This document shows positions 19,294 through 27,279 of a DNA stretch of 42,569 bases, in pieces. Origin of the DNA: a virus. Lineage: Duplodnaviria > Caudoviricetes. Made by a program: the position numbers and the translations under genes. Location of the stretch: positions 1-42,569 of IMG/VR virus record IMGVR_UViG_3300027744_000848; one strand, given 5' to 3'. Every line of letters starts with the position of its first letter. Position 1 is the stretch's first letter. The notes beneath the pieces were generated by a model that was not told where the DNA came from, did not search any database, and was given only the letters and a program-made list of their open reading frames with translations.

Positions 19294-19656
19294 TTAAAAT
19301 GTTCCTCCATCCATGGACGTATTAGATAATGCTGTATCTGATAAGCTCAATGGAAGAACTTGGTATTTGTCCAAGCTAGAAATATATGTTACGATGTGGC
19401 CGTTTGAGGGTGTGCCTTCGATGACATCATCCAATGTATCGAATCTGGTATTCCCCCAATATATACCAGTTCCGTTGGACAATAAAACCTGACCTGCGAC
19501 ACCGTTAGAGGTATTTGCAGTGAATGGTCCTGTGACGATCAGATTGTTAGCAGTCAGAGATTGGCGATTCCAGCGTGAACCATCCCACATCCAGGTCTTA
19601 CCCCCAGTGAATGCTGTATTGCCGACCTGCGGGTTGGGAGGAAAGTTTAATGCCAT
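19294..19656 (-). CDS. Small fibre connector (120 aa)
   Basis: MALNFPPNP..W.WDG.RW N-terminus, GQVLLSNG..YW motif, C-terminal DGGTF. Confidence 0.75.
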   Translation of the reverse strand: MALNFPPNPQVGNTAFTGGKTWMWDGSRWNRQSLTANNLIVTGPFTANTSNGVAGQVLLSNGTGIYWGNTRFDTLDDVIEGTPSNGHIVTYISSLDKYQVLPLSLSDTALSNTSMDGGTF

Positions 19657-19681
19657 CTATTAAAACACACCATTTTTTTAA

Positions 19682-19689
19682 TATTTATA
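19682..19689 (-). promoter_or_regulatory. T4-type late promoter TATAAATA
   Basis: Exact consensus upstream of ATG at 19656. Confidence 0.75.
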
Positions 19690-19702
19690 TGTTTGGTTTT
19701 CA

Positions 19703-22700
19703 TTAATATGACACCGATATCCATACAGTATTGCCATAATCACCCACATTAAGGCTCAATATTCCTGTGTCCGAATCTAACCAAAATGATCCGGAGTCAG
19801 AACTGGTCGGCACAACATTTCCGACATTGGCTTGTCCGGTTGCACCTTTCGATCCTGTGTATCCTATCGAACCCACATATCCGAGATCACCTTTTGATCC
19901 TGTGTAACCTAGATCGCCGATATCACCAGTCCTGGCAAATGTCACGACAACATTAGTGTTATTTGCAAATGCTGACGCTGATCCGCTGAGATAAGATATA
20001 GGAACATTAAAATATTGAGAATCTTGAACATGATTGCCGATGATAGCATACATCACATAGTTGTCATTATTTGCTATCTCAGTGATCGTAAAGTGACCTT
20101 TGATAGAAGATGTCGAGTCGTCGATGGTCTGCAAGAAAGGTTGTACATTAGCAGTCGCCTGATCTACATAGCTGATATACAATGTATTAGCATCGCTAAA
20201 TGTAGTATTGCTTAATCTTATCTCGCCATTAGCAGCTGCTGTAGGATCTGCTGTATTGCCATTGAAATAATATTCAAATGCAGCGCCGCCAAATGTTCCT
20301 GCAGGTCCTCGTGAACCTGTATATCCAAAAGATCCTGTATATCCTAAAGAACCTGTATAACCGATATCACCTTTAGACCCTACAAATCCAACAGAACCGT
20401 CATATCCAGCACCTGTTTCTCCAATATCACCCTTGGATCCTGTAAAACCGGATTCGCCAGATCCTCCAGAAGAACCAGTATATCCTACACCTCTAGATCC
20501 TGTGAATCCTATAGAGCCCCTTGATCCGTCAAATCCCACTGAACCTGTAAATCCTGCGCCAGTAGATCCTGTGAATCCCAACGATCCTATAGATCCTACA
20601 AAACCAGTATCACCCTGCGAACCTGCAAAACCTATTCCTATTGAACCGGTATAACCTAATTCACCCTGTGATCCTGTATAGCCAGCACCAGTAGATCCTG
20701 TATAACCAATATCTCCTAAAGAACCAGTGTATCCAGTATCACCCAATGATCCTGTATAGCCTATGCTACCTGTATAGCCTTCAGATCCGGTATAACCCAG
20801 ATCACCTTGAGATCCTACAAATCCGATATCACCTTTAGATCCTGTAAATCCTATAGATCCATCATATCCGCTACCAGTCGGACCCTGAGAACCTATAGAA
20901 CCTGCATACCCTGTATCTCCTTGATCACCGGCTCTTGCAAGAGTTAAAGCAGTAAGAGTATTATCACCGAGAACAGTATTAGCTCCAGCATCACCCGAAA
21001 GGAATGATATAGGAACAGTGGCATAAGATCCATTATCAGTTAACGAATCGATTATCATGAATGTGGCATAATTTAAATTATTGCCAGAAGCTGATATCTT
21101 AAAATGTCCTTTGATACCCGATGTGGAACTATCGATAATCAATAAAGAATTAAATACGAATTCAAATCGAAGATCACTTTTGTTGATGTACAAGAACGTA
21201 GAATTAGCAAGAGACGTATTGCTAAATCTTAAAGCACTTGTGCCAGGATCTGCATTCTGCGTGTTAGCACTATACAAATATAGAAAGGTTGTGCCTCCAA
21301 AAGCTCCTGGTTGTCCTTCATTGCCTTGAGATCCTGTGAATCCTACACCCTGAGATCCTGTATAACCGATAGAACCCGTATATCCCAGATCACCATAAGA
21401 TCCGGTATAACCCACAATACCCTGAGATCCTGTATAGCCAATAGAACCCGTATAACCAAGGTCTCCGTAAGATCCAGTATAGCCAATGGCACCTATCGAT
21501 CCAGTATAGCCTATCTCGCCTTGCGATCCGGAATATCCTATATCACCTAAAGATCCGGAGTAGCCAATCGGACCCTGTGATCCGGAAAATCCAAGATCAC
21601 CTCCAGATCCCACATAACCAGAATCACCAATAGATCCCGTAAATCCTAAATTACCTTGAGATCCTACAAAACCAGTATTGCCTTGTGATCCTGTATATCC
21701 GAGATCTCCTCTAGATCCTACAAATCCCAACGGTCCTATATTTCCCTGGATTCCTTGTTCACCTTGAGATCCAGTATATCCGATATCACCTTTAGATCCA
21801 GTATAACCTAACGATCCTGTGTAACCCAATGATCCAGCATATCCAGTATTGCCTAACGATCCTGTATATCCGATATCACCTTTAGATCCGGTATAACCTA
21901 ACGACCCCATGGATCCTGTATATCCAAGATCTCCTTGAGAGCCTACAAATCCCACAGAGCCCGTAAATCCTACAGAGCCTACAAATCCTACAGAACCAGT
22001 GAATCCAATAGATCCTGTGTATCCTATACTTCCTGTGAATCCTAACGAACCCGTATAACCAGTGTCGCCTCTAGAACCCACAAATCCCACAGACCCTGTA
22101 TATCCCGTATCACCCTTAGATCCAGTATATCCAAGATCGCCTCGAGATCCCACAAACCCAACAGAACCCGTGAATCCTATGCTTCCTGTAAATCCGATAT
22201 CACCTTTCGATCCTGTAAATCCTGTGTCACCTCGAGAACCCGTAAATCCCGTATCACCTTTTGATCCCGTAAATCCTACAGATCCGGTAAATCCTGTATC
22301 ACCCACGTCACCTGTTCTAGCAAATGTCAATATCACATTTGCATTATCGACAAAAGTTGTGGCTCCAGAAATGTATGCTATAGGAACATCAAAGAAGTTT
22401 GATGTGTAAGTATGAGATCCTATGATGCTAAATAATGTGAAACTGTCTGTATTGGCAGCACTCGTGATAGTGAACTGGCCTTTGATTGCTGAAGTAGAAT
22501 CATCAATCGTCTGCAAGAACGTAAAGGTTGATGTGAAGAATTTATCATTTTCATTGATGTACAGGTGTGTAGCAGATGCCAGCGATGTATTGCTAAATCT
22601 GACAAATCCATCACCAGGATTTGTATTTGCGGTAGAATCATCAAATCTATAGTCAAAAGCTGCACCACCAAATGCGCCGGTCGGACCGATAGACCCTACA

Positions 22701-23941
22701 AATCCCGTATCACCTTTGGATCCTGTAAATCCTAAAGATCCTGTATATCCCGTATCGCCTCTAGATCCGGTATAACCCACAGAGCCATCATAACCCGTTG
22801 CTCCACTCGATCCTCTAAAACCTTCAGATCCCCTATATCCAGTCTCACCTTGAGTTATACCGAAGTATCTAACTTCGATCTCAGAATTTAAGAATGGAAC
22901 ATAATTTAGTGTTAATGTCGTTCCAGAAACAGTATAATCTGTTTCTGGCGTCTCTATGATACCATTAACAAATACCATGATATGTGCGGCATTAGAAGTA
23001 GAATCTAATAATGTATACTGTGTATTGCTTCCGTTTCCTGTATATCTTGAAAACTTATATGGGCGACCTACTTCACCCGCCGATCCAGCAAAACCAGCAC
23101 CCTGCGAACCAGTATAACCCAATGAGCCGGTATAACCTGTAGCACCGCCAGGATCACCTTTTGATCCCTGGTATCCGACAGATCCCTGATATCCAACAGA
23201 TCCTAGATATCCAACGGACCCTACAGATCCTTGATATCCTACAGTTCCTAAGGATCCTTGATATCCAGGAGATCCTTGTATCGCATCAAAATATCTTACT
23301 TCTATGATTGAAGTGTTGACAGGGGCGGTAGAGAATGTTATAATAGTATTAGTTACTGTATAATCAGAATCAGGTGTTTCGACTAGACCATTGACAAACA
23401 CAAGGATATGGTTTGTATTTGCTACTGATTCTGCTAATGTAAATTGAGTATTGCTACCATTGGCAGTATATACAGATATCCTTGAAGGTTTACCTACACC
23501 ACCCAATGATCCTGAAAATCCAATGGAACCTGTATAGCCCAATGAACCGACAGAACCCGTATATCCTGTATCGCCGCCCGGCGTTCCAGCAGCACCTTGA
23601 GAACCTTGATATCCAGACGATCCAAAGAATCCCACTGAACCTAAGAAACCTGCAGAACCTTGAAATCCCGCAGATCCTGTAAACCCTGAAGAACCTGTAA
23701 AACCTACAGATCCATCGTATCCATCAGAAACGATATAACGAACTTCTATGTCAAAATTAGCTAATGGAGCAGAGGCAAAGATGATCTCAGTTCCACTAAT
23801 TGTATAATCAACACCAGGAACTTGCAGAAGTCCGTTAACAGAAACTAATATATTATTAGCTTGTGTTACTGTCTGTGTTAATGTATAATTAGTATTAGAA
23901 CCATTTCCGGTGTTCTTTTGACTATAGAAGATCAGAGCCAT
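19703..23941 (-). CDS. Large collagen-like fibre protein (1412 aa)
   Basis: Long G-X-Y tracts dominated by GYT/GFT/GFV-GSx, three NGSNT beta domains, three FGG..ARxGD globular inserts, C-terminal Trp-containing knob. Confidence 0.85.
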   Translation of the reverse strand: MALIFYSQKNTGNGSNTNYTLTQTVTQANNILVSVNGLLQVPGVDYTISGTEIIFASAPLANFDIEVRYIVSDGYDGSVGFTGSSGFTGSAGFQGSAGFLGSVGFFGSSGYQGSQGAAGTPGGDTGYTGSVGSLGYTGSIGFSGSLGGVGKPSRISVYTANGSNTQFTLAESVANTNHILVFVNGLVETPDSDYTVTNTIITFSTAPVNTSIIEVRYFDAIQGSPGYQGSLGTVGYQGSVGSVGYLGSVGYQGSVGYQGSKGDPGGATGYTGSLGYTGSQGAGFAGSAGEVGRPYKFSRYTGNGSNTQYTLLDSTSNAAHIMVFVNGIIETPETDYTVSGTTLTLNYVPFLNSEIEVRYFGITQGETGYRGSEGFRGSSGATGYDGSVGYTGSRGDTGYTGSLGFTGSKGDTGFVGSIGPTGAFGGAAFDYRFDDSTANTNPGDGFVRFSNTSLASATHLYINENDKFFTSTFTFLQTIDDSTSAIKGQFTITSAANTDSFTLFSIIGSHTYTSNFFDVPIAYISGATTFVDNANVILTFARTGDVGDTGFTGSVGFTGSKGDTGFTGSRGDTGFTGSKGDIGFTGSIGFTGSVGFVGSRGDLGYTGSKGDTGYTGSVGFVGSRGDTGYTGSLGFTGSIGYTGSIGFTGSVGFVGSVGFTGSVGFVGSQGDLGYTGSMGSLGYTGSKGDIGYTGSLGNTGYAGSLGYTGSLGYTGSKGDIGYTGSQGEQGIQGNIGPLGFVGSRGDLGYTGSQGNTGFVGSQGNLGFTGSIGDSGYVGSGGDLGFSGSQGPIGYSGSLGDIGYSGSQGEIGYTGSIGAIGYTGSYGDLGYTGSIGYTGSQGIVGYTGSYGDLGYTGSIGYTGSQGVGFTGSQGNEGQPGAFGGTTFLYLYSANTQNADPGTSALRFSNTSLANSTFLYINKSDLRFEFVFNSLLIIDSSTSGIKGHFKISASGNNLNYATFMIIDSLTDNGSYATVPISFLSGDAGANTVLGDNTLTALTLARAGDQGDTGYAGSIGSQGPTGSGYDGSIGFTGSKGDIGFVGSQGDLGYTGSEGYTGSIGYTGSLGDTGYTGSLGDIGYTGSTGAGYTGSQGELGYTGSIGIGFAGSQGDTGFVGSIGSLGFTGSTGAGFTGSVGFDGSRGSIGFTGSRGVGYTGSSGGSGESGFTGSKGDIGETGAGYDGSVGFVGSKGDIGYTGSLGYTGSFGYTGSRGPAGTFGGAAFEYYFNGNTADPTAAANGEIRLSNTTFSDANTLYISYVDQATANVQPFLQTIDDSTSSIKGHFTITEIANNDNYVMYAIIGNHVQDSQYFNVPISYLSGSASAFANNTNVVVTFARTGDIGDLGYTGSKGDLGYVGSIGYTGSKGATGQANVGNVVPTSSDSGSFWLDSDTGILSLNVGDYGNTVWISVSY

Positions 23942-23951
23942 TTAATGCCTA

Positions 23952-23959
23952 TATAAATA
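23952..23959 (+). promoter_or_regulatory. T4-type late promoter TATAAATA for the glycosyltransferase
   Basis: Exact consensus 40 nt upstream of ATG at 24000; GAGGT RBS in between. Confidence 0.7.
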
Positions 23960-23974
23960 ATATTAATTCCTACA

Positions 23975-23982
23975 TATTTATG
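23975..23982 (-). promoter_or_regulatory. Near-consensus late promoter CATAAATA for the large collagen gene
   Basis: 7/8 match upstream of ATG at 23941. Confidence 0.5.
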
Positions 23983-23999
23983 TTTTACGTGAGGTTGTT

Positions 24000-26756
24000 A
24001 TGAAATACCCATCTATTGCTATTTTAGATCTGATTGGGCTTGTATATGATGGCGATACGCTATCAAAACGAGGTTTGGGTGGATCCGAATCTGCTGTTAT
24101 TCTCATCTCTAAAGAGCTGGCCAAATTAGGATTTCCTATAACTGTTTTCAATGCTTGTCAAGATGATGATAGTCGTCCAGGTATTTATGATGGTGTAACT
24201 TACAGACCAGTCGGTAGCATTACTAATAATGATGTATTTGACATTGTTATTTCATCCAGAACTGTAGTTCCTTTTGTCCCAAATCATTATTATGAAGCAT
24301 TCAATAGAGCGACTGCATATCCTTGTGCTATATTTCAGAACATGCGTAACAAGGCAAAGCATAAAGTTCTCTGGATGCACGATACTTTCTGTAATGGAGA
24401 TATCAATCTAGAAGATCTCGCTGTCAGTGGACATATCGATAAGATTTTTACGCTATCAGATTTTCATACCTCCTATGTCTCGACATGTGATCACGGCAAG
24501 AGGCGCAACTTTGAAGTATTGAAGAACAAGATATTTCAGACGAGGAATGGGATCGTCAATTATTTTGATGAAGTAGATATATCAAAGAAAGATCGCAACC
24601 TATTCGTATATAATGCTTCTGTGACAAAGGGAATGCTACCTCTCATCGACAGGGTATGGCCTAGGATCAAAAGGCATATACCAGAAGCACGATTGAAAGT
24701 GATTGGCGGGTATTATAGGTTTCGTTCTGACGGACCTCTGGATGCTCAAGGTGAGACACATCAGAAGCTAATCCAAGATCAGAAATATAAAGTTCTCGGA
24801 ATCGAGTTTACAGGCATTATATCTCAGAAAGAGATTGCCGAGATATTGTCTGAAGCATCTATGTTCCTTTATCCGGGAGCATTCCCAGAAACGTTTGGCA
24901 TCTCTACATTAGAATCGCTCGCATATAATACACCTCTAGTGGCCACTAGATTTGGTGCATTGGAAGAGACTGCTATAGGCAATGCGTCTTATTTTATCGA
25001 CTATGCTATCGAACCAAATAGTCTATTCAGAGATATCAATATAGAAACTCAGTGTGAGCGTTTTGCCGGATTAGTTCTTACTGCGTATAATAATCCTTAT
25101 CTGCATCAGCAGAAACAATATTATTGCAACATAGTCAAGGATATCTCTACCTGGGATACGGTTGCTCTGCAATGGAAGCAACATTTCTTTAAAGAATTAA
25201 ATCATTACCTTCCTGCGGATGAATATCGTAAAGTGTCTTATATCAATGATCGAATCCATAAAGTATTCGGTCGTAGGTTCAGCAACAATGAAGAATGGAA
25301 CACGTTTACACAGAATAAAGAACAGCATATTGTTGTGATCACGCCTTTCTTTAATGCAGAGCAATATATCCTCAGGTGCATCGATTCTGTTGCTACACAG
25401 AACTACAACAACTGGACGATGTATCTGATCAATGATGCTAGCACTGACGGTGCCAAGTTTGCGATCAACCATAAGCTAAAGACATTGCCAGAAGATATCA
25501 GATCAAAGATCACCGTCATTACTAATAATGAGAATAAAGGTGCTGTGTATAATCAGATAAACACGATTAAAAATGTATTCGGTCTGGACACTATCGTGAT
25601 GCTCCTCGATGGTGATGACGCATTAATTAACGATAACAACATATTTAATTTCTACAATAATCTCTACGCTGATGGTAAGACGGATTACTCATATGGAAGC
25701 TGTTGGTCAGAAGCGGATAACATTCCGCTGATCGCTCAACCGTATCCAAAGGCGATCAGAGACACTAAGAGCTATCGAGAATATAAGTTCAATTGGGGAA
25801 TGCCGTATCCTCATCTCAGGACATTCCGTAGAGAGTTGTTGAACTTTATTGATGATTCTGTATTTAAAGATGAGAACGGAGAATGGTTCAAAGCAGGCGG
25901 CGACAATGCCACATTCTATAATATAATAGAAAGAGCTAATCCTGATAAGATCAAAGTCGTGCAGGATATCGTCATGCTCTATAATGACAAGAACCCATTG
26001 AACGATTATAAAGTCAATGGTGAACTTCAAAACAAAAATGCTAGTAAAATTGCTAACGATGCAAAGATCCAAATAAACAAAGTAGAAGTAAATTCTACAC
26101 CACGTCCTATGAATGTAGAAATGGTTCAAACAAAAGAAATGGTTGTAAAGAACGTCATGAAAAAAAAGATATTAATCGCGATTCCTACAGCAAAGAACAT
26201 CGAACCCAACACCTTTAAATCGATATATGATCTGAGAGTACCTGAAGGATATGAGACAACATATCAGCATTTTTACGGGTATAATGTAGATCAGGTACGC
26301 AACCTGATCGCTGATTGGGTCGTCAAAGGATTCGATTATCTGTTTGCAGTCGACTATGACGTATCATTTGCATCAGATACGTTAGAGAAGTTATTGTCAC
26401 ACGACAAGGATGTAGTGTCTGGTATCTATAGGCAGCGTAATCCTGATAGACAGACTCTAGAGATATTCGAAGAGAATGATAGGGATGGATATTCACATGT
26501 CGAATGGGAAAAGATCCGAGGACAAGGATTAGTTCGTATCGGAGCTTGTGGATTCGGCTGTGTTCTTGTCAAGAGACAAGTGATGGCAGATATCGGATAT
26601 CCGCAGTTCGTCTATAAGTCAGCGATAGATCACAACAACACATTCTCTGAAGATCTATATTTTGCCAAGAAGGCAAAGGAAAAAGGATTCGAGATATACG
26701 CAGATACGACGATACTGTGCGACCATACAGGATCTTATACGTTCCGAGTTCAGTAG
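24000..26756 (+). CDS. Three-domain glycosyltransferase (GT-B/GT4-like + GT2 + second GT-A domain)
   Basis: GGSE and ETFGISTLESLA (GT4 E-x7-E) motifs; VVITPFFNAEQYI..NDASTD..LDGDD (GT2); KILIAIPT..VDYD..GFGCVLVKR..SEDLYF..CDH (GT-A). Confidence 0.9.
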   Translation: MKYPSIAILDLIGLVYDGDTLSKRGLGGSESAVILISKELAKLGFPITVFNACQDDDSRPGIYDGVTYRPVGSITNNDVFDIVISSRTVVPFVPNHYYEAFNRATAYPCAIFQNMRNKAKHKVLWMHDTFCNGDINLEDLAVSGHIDKIFTLSDFHTSYVSTCDHGKRRNFEVLKNKIFQTRNGIVNYFDEVDISKKDRNLFVYNASVTKGMLPLIDRVWPRIKRHIPEARLKVIGGYYRFRSDGPLDAQGETHQKLIQDQKYKVLGIEFTGIISQKEIAEILSEASMFLYPGAFPETFGISTLESLAYNTPLVATRFGALEETAIGNASYFIDYAIEPNSLFRDINIETQCERFAGLVLTAYNNPYLHQQKQYYCNIVKDISTWDTVALQWKQHFFKELNHYLPADEYRKVSYINDRIHKVFGRRFSNNEEWNTFTQNKEQHIVVITPFFNAEQYILRCIDSVATQNYNNWTMYLINDASTDGAKFAINHKLKTLPEDIRSKITVITNNENKGAVYNQINTIKNVFGLDTIVMLLDGDDALINDNNIFNFYNNLYADGKTDYSYGSCWSEADNIPLIAQPYPKAIRDTKSYREYKFNWGMPYPHLRTFRRELLNFIDDSVFKDENGEWFKAGGDNATFYNIIERANPDKIKVVQDIVMLYNDKNPLNDYKVNGELQNKNASKIANDAKIQINKVEVNSTPRPMNVEMVQTKEMVVKNVMKKKILIAIPTAKNIEPNTFKSIYDLRVPEGYETTYQHFYGYNVDQVRNLIADWVVKGFDYLFAVDYDVSFASDTLEKLLSHDKDVVSGIYRQRNPDRQTLEIFEENDRDGYSHVEWEKIRGQGLVRIGACGFGCVLVKRQVMADIGYPQFVYKSAIDHNNTFSEDLYFAKKAKEKGFEIYADTTILCDHTGSYTFRVQ

Positions 26757-26953
26757 ACAGGGACTATCGGCGCATCTCTAGGAACAGCAGGAAGCGTGCC
26801 TAACATATCAGTCGCTTCCTGCTTTAGGACTGATATGGGTTCTATAGTCTGATTGATCAATTTAACGATGATTGTCGTCTGTAGCGGCGCATACCTAGCA
26901 GTCGTCACCAATATGTTATTGAACTTCGATACAGTTATCTTAGAGTCACGCAT
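26750..26953 (-). CDS. Hypothetical protein (67 aa)
   Basis: TGATG-coupled to upstream gene; fills gap to the convergent glycosyltransferase. Confidence 0.55.
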   Translation of the reverse strand: MRDSKITVSKFNNILVTTARYAPLQTTIIVKLINQTIEPISVLKQEATDMLGTLPAVPRDAPIVPVY

Positions 26954-27279
26954 CAGCGAGTGACTCCGGGGTTCACTGTGACAAAACCTTCTATTATCCT
27001 AGATGTCACATTATTAGCATACACTTCTAGATCATACACATATCTCGTTGATGATAGGTTTGCTGTGATGACAGAATTCATTGTCAACGTGATCGATCCT
27101 GCAGCTGCATTGACTGTTGTGCTTATCGTATTGAAAGTCGTAGACGTATACGTCTTTCTTATTTGAGAATTAGCACTATATCCTGTCAGATCAAACGGAT
27201 TTCCATCTACATCGACGAGATACACGTTATAAGCAAAGTTAGCACCCTGATCTACAGTTATGTTTGTTTTAATTGCCAT
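26953..27279 (-). CDS. Small virion structural protein
   Basis: NI.VDQGA.F..DLTGY..SQIRK..RYVYD.E..RIIEG.VTV.PGVTR motif, common next to fibres in T4-like phages. Confidence 0.75.
   Translation of the reverse strand: MAIKTNITVDQGANFAYNVYLVDVDGNPFDLTGYSANSQIRKTYTSTTFNTISTTVNAAAGSITLTMNSVITANLSSTRYVYDLEVYANNVTSRIIEGFVTVNPGVTR

Noticed and set aside
8100-23720. CRISPR-like or non-coding repeat arrays (gatcctgt... units)
   Set aside because: Periodicity of 9/18/27 nt with third-position variation; fully explained by G-X-Y coding, with no unique spacers
8100-23720. Very high GATC density as a methylation signal
   Set aside because: By-product of Gly-Ser codons GGA-TCN
26157-26756. Separate gene or internal start for the third GT domain (MKKKILIAIP)
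   Set aside because: In frame with no intervening stop and no convincing RBS; treated as a fusion
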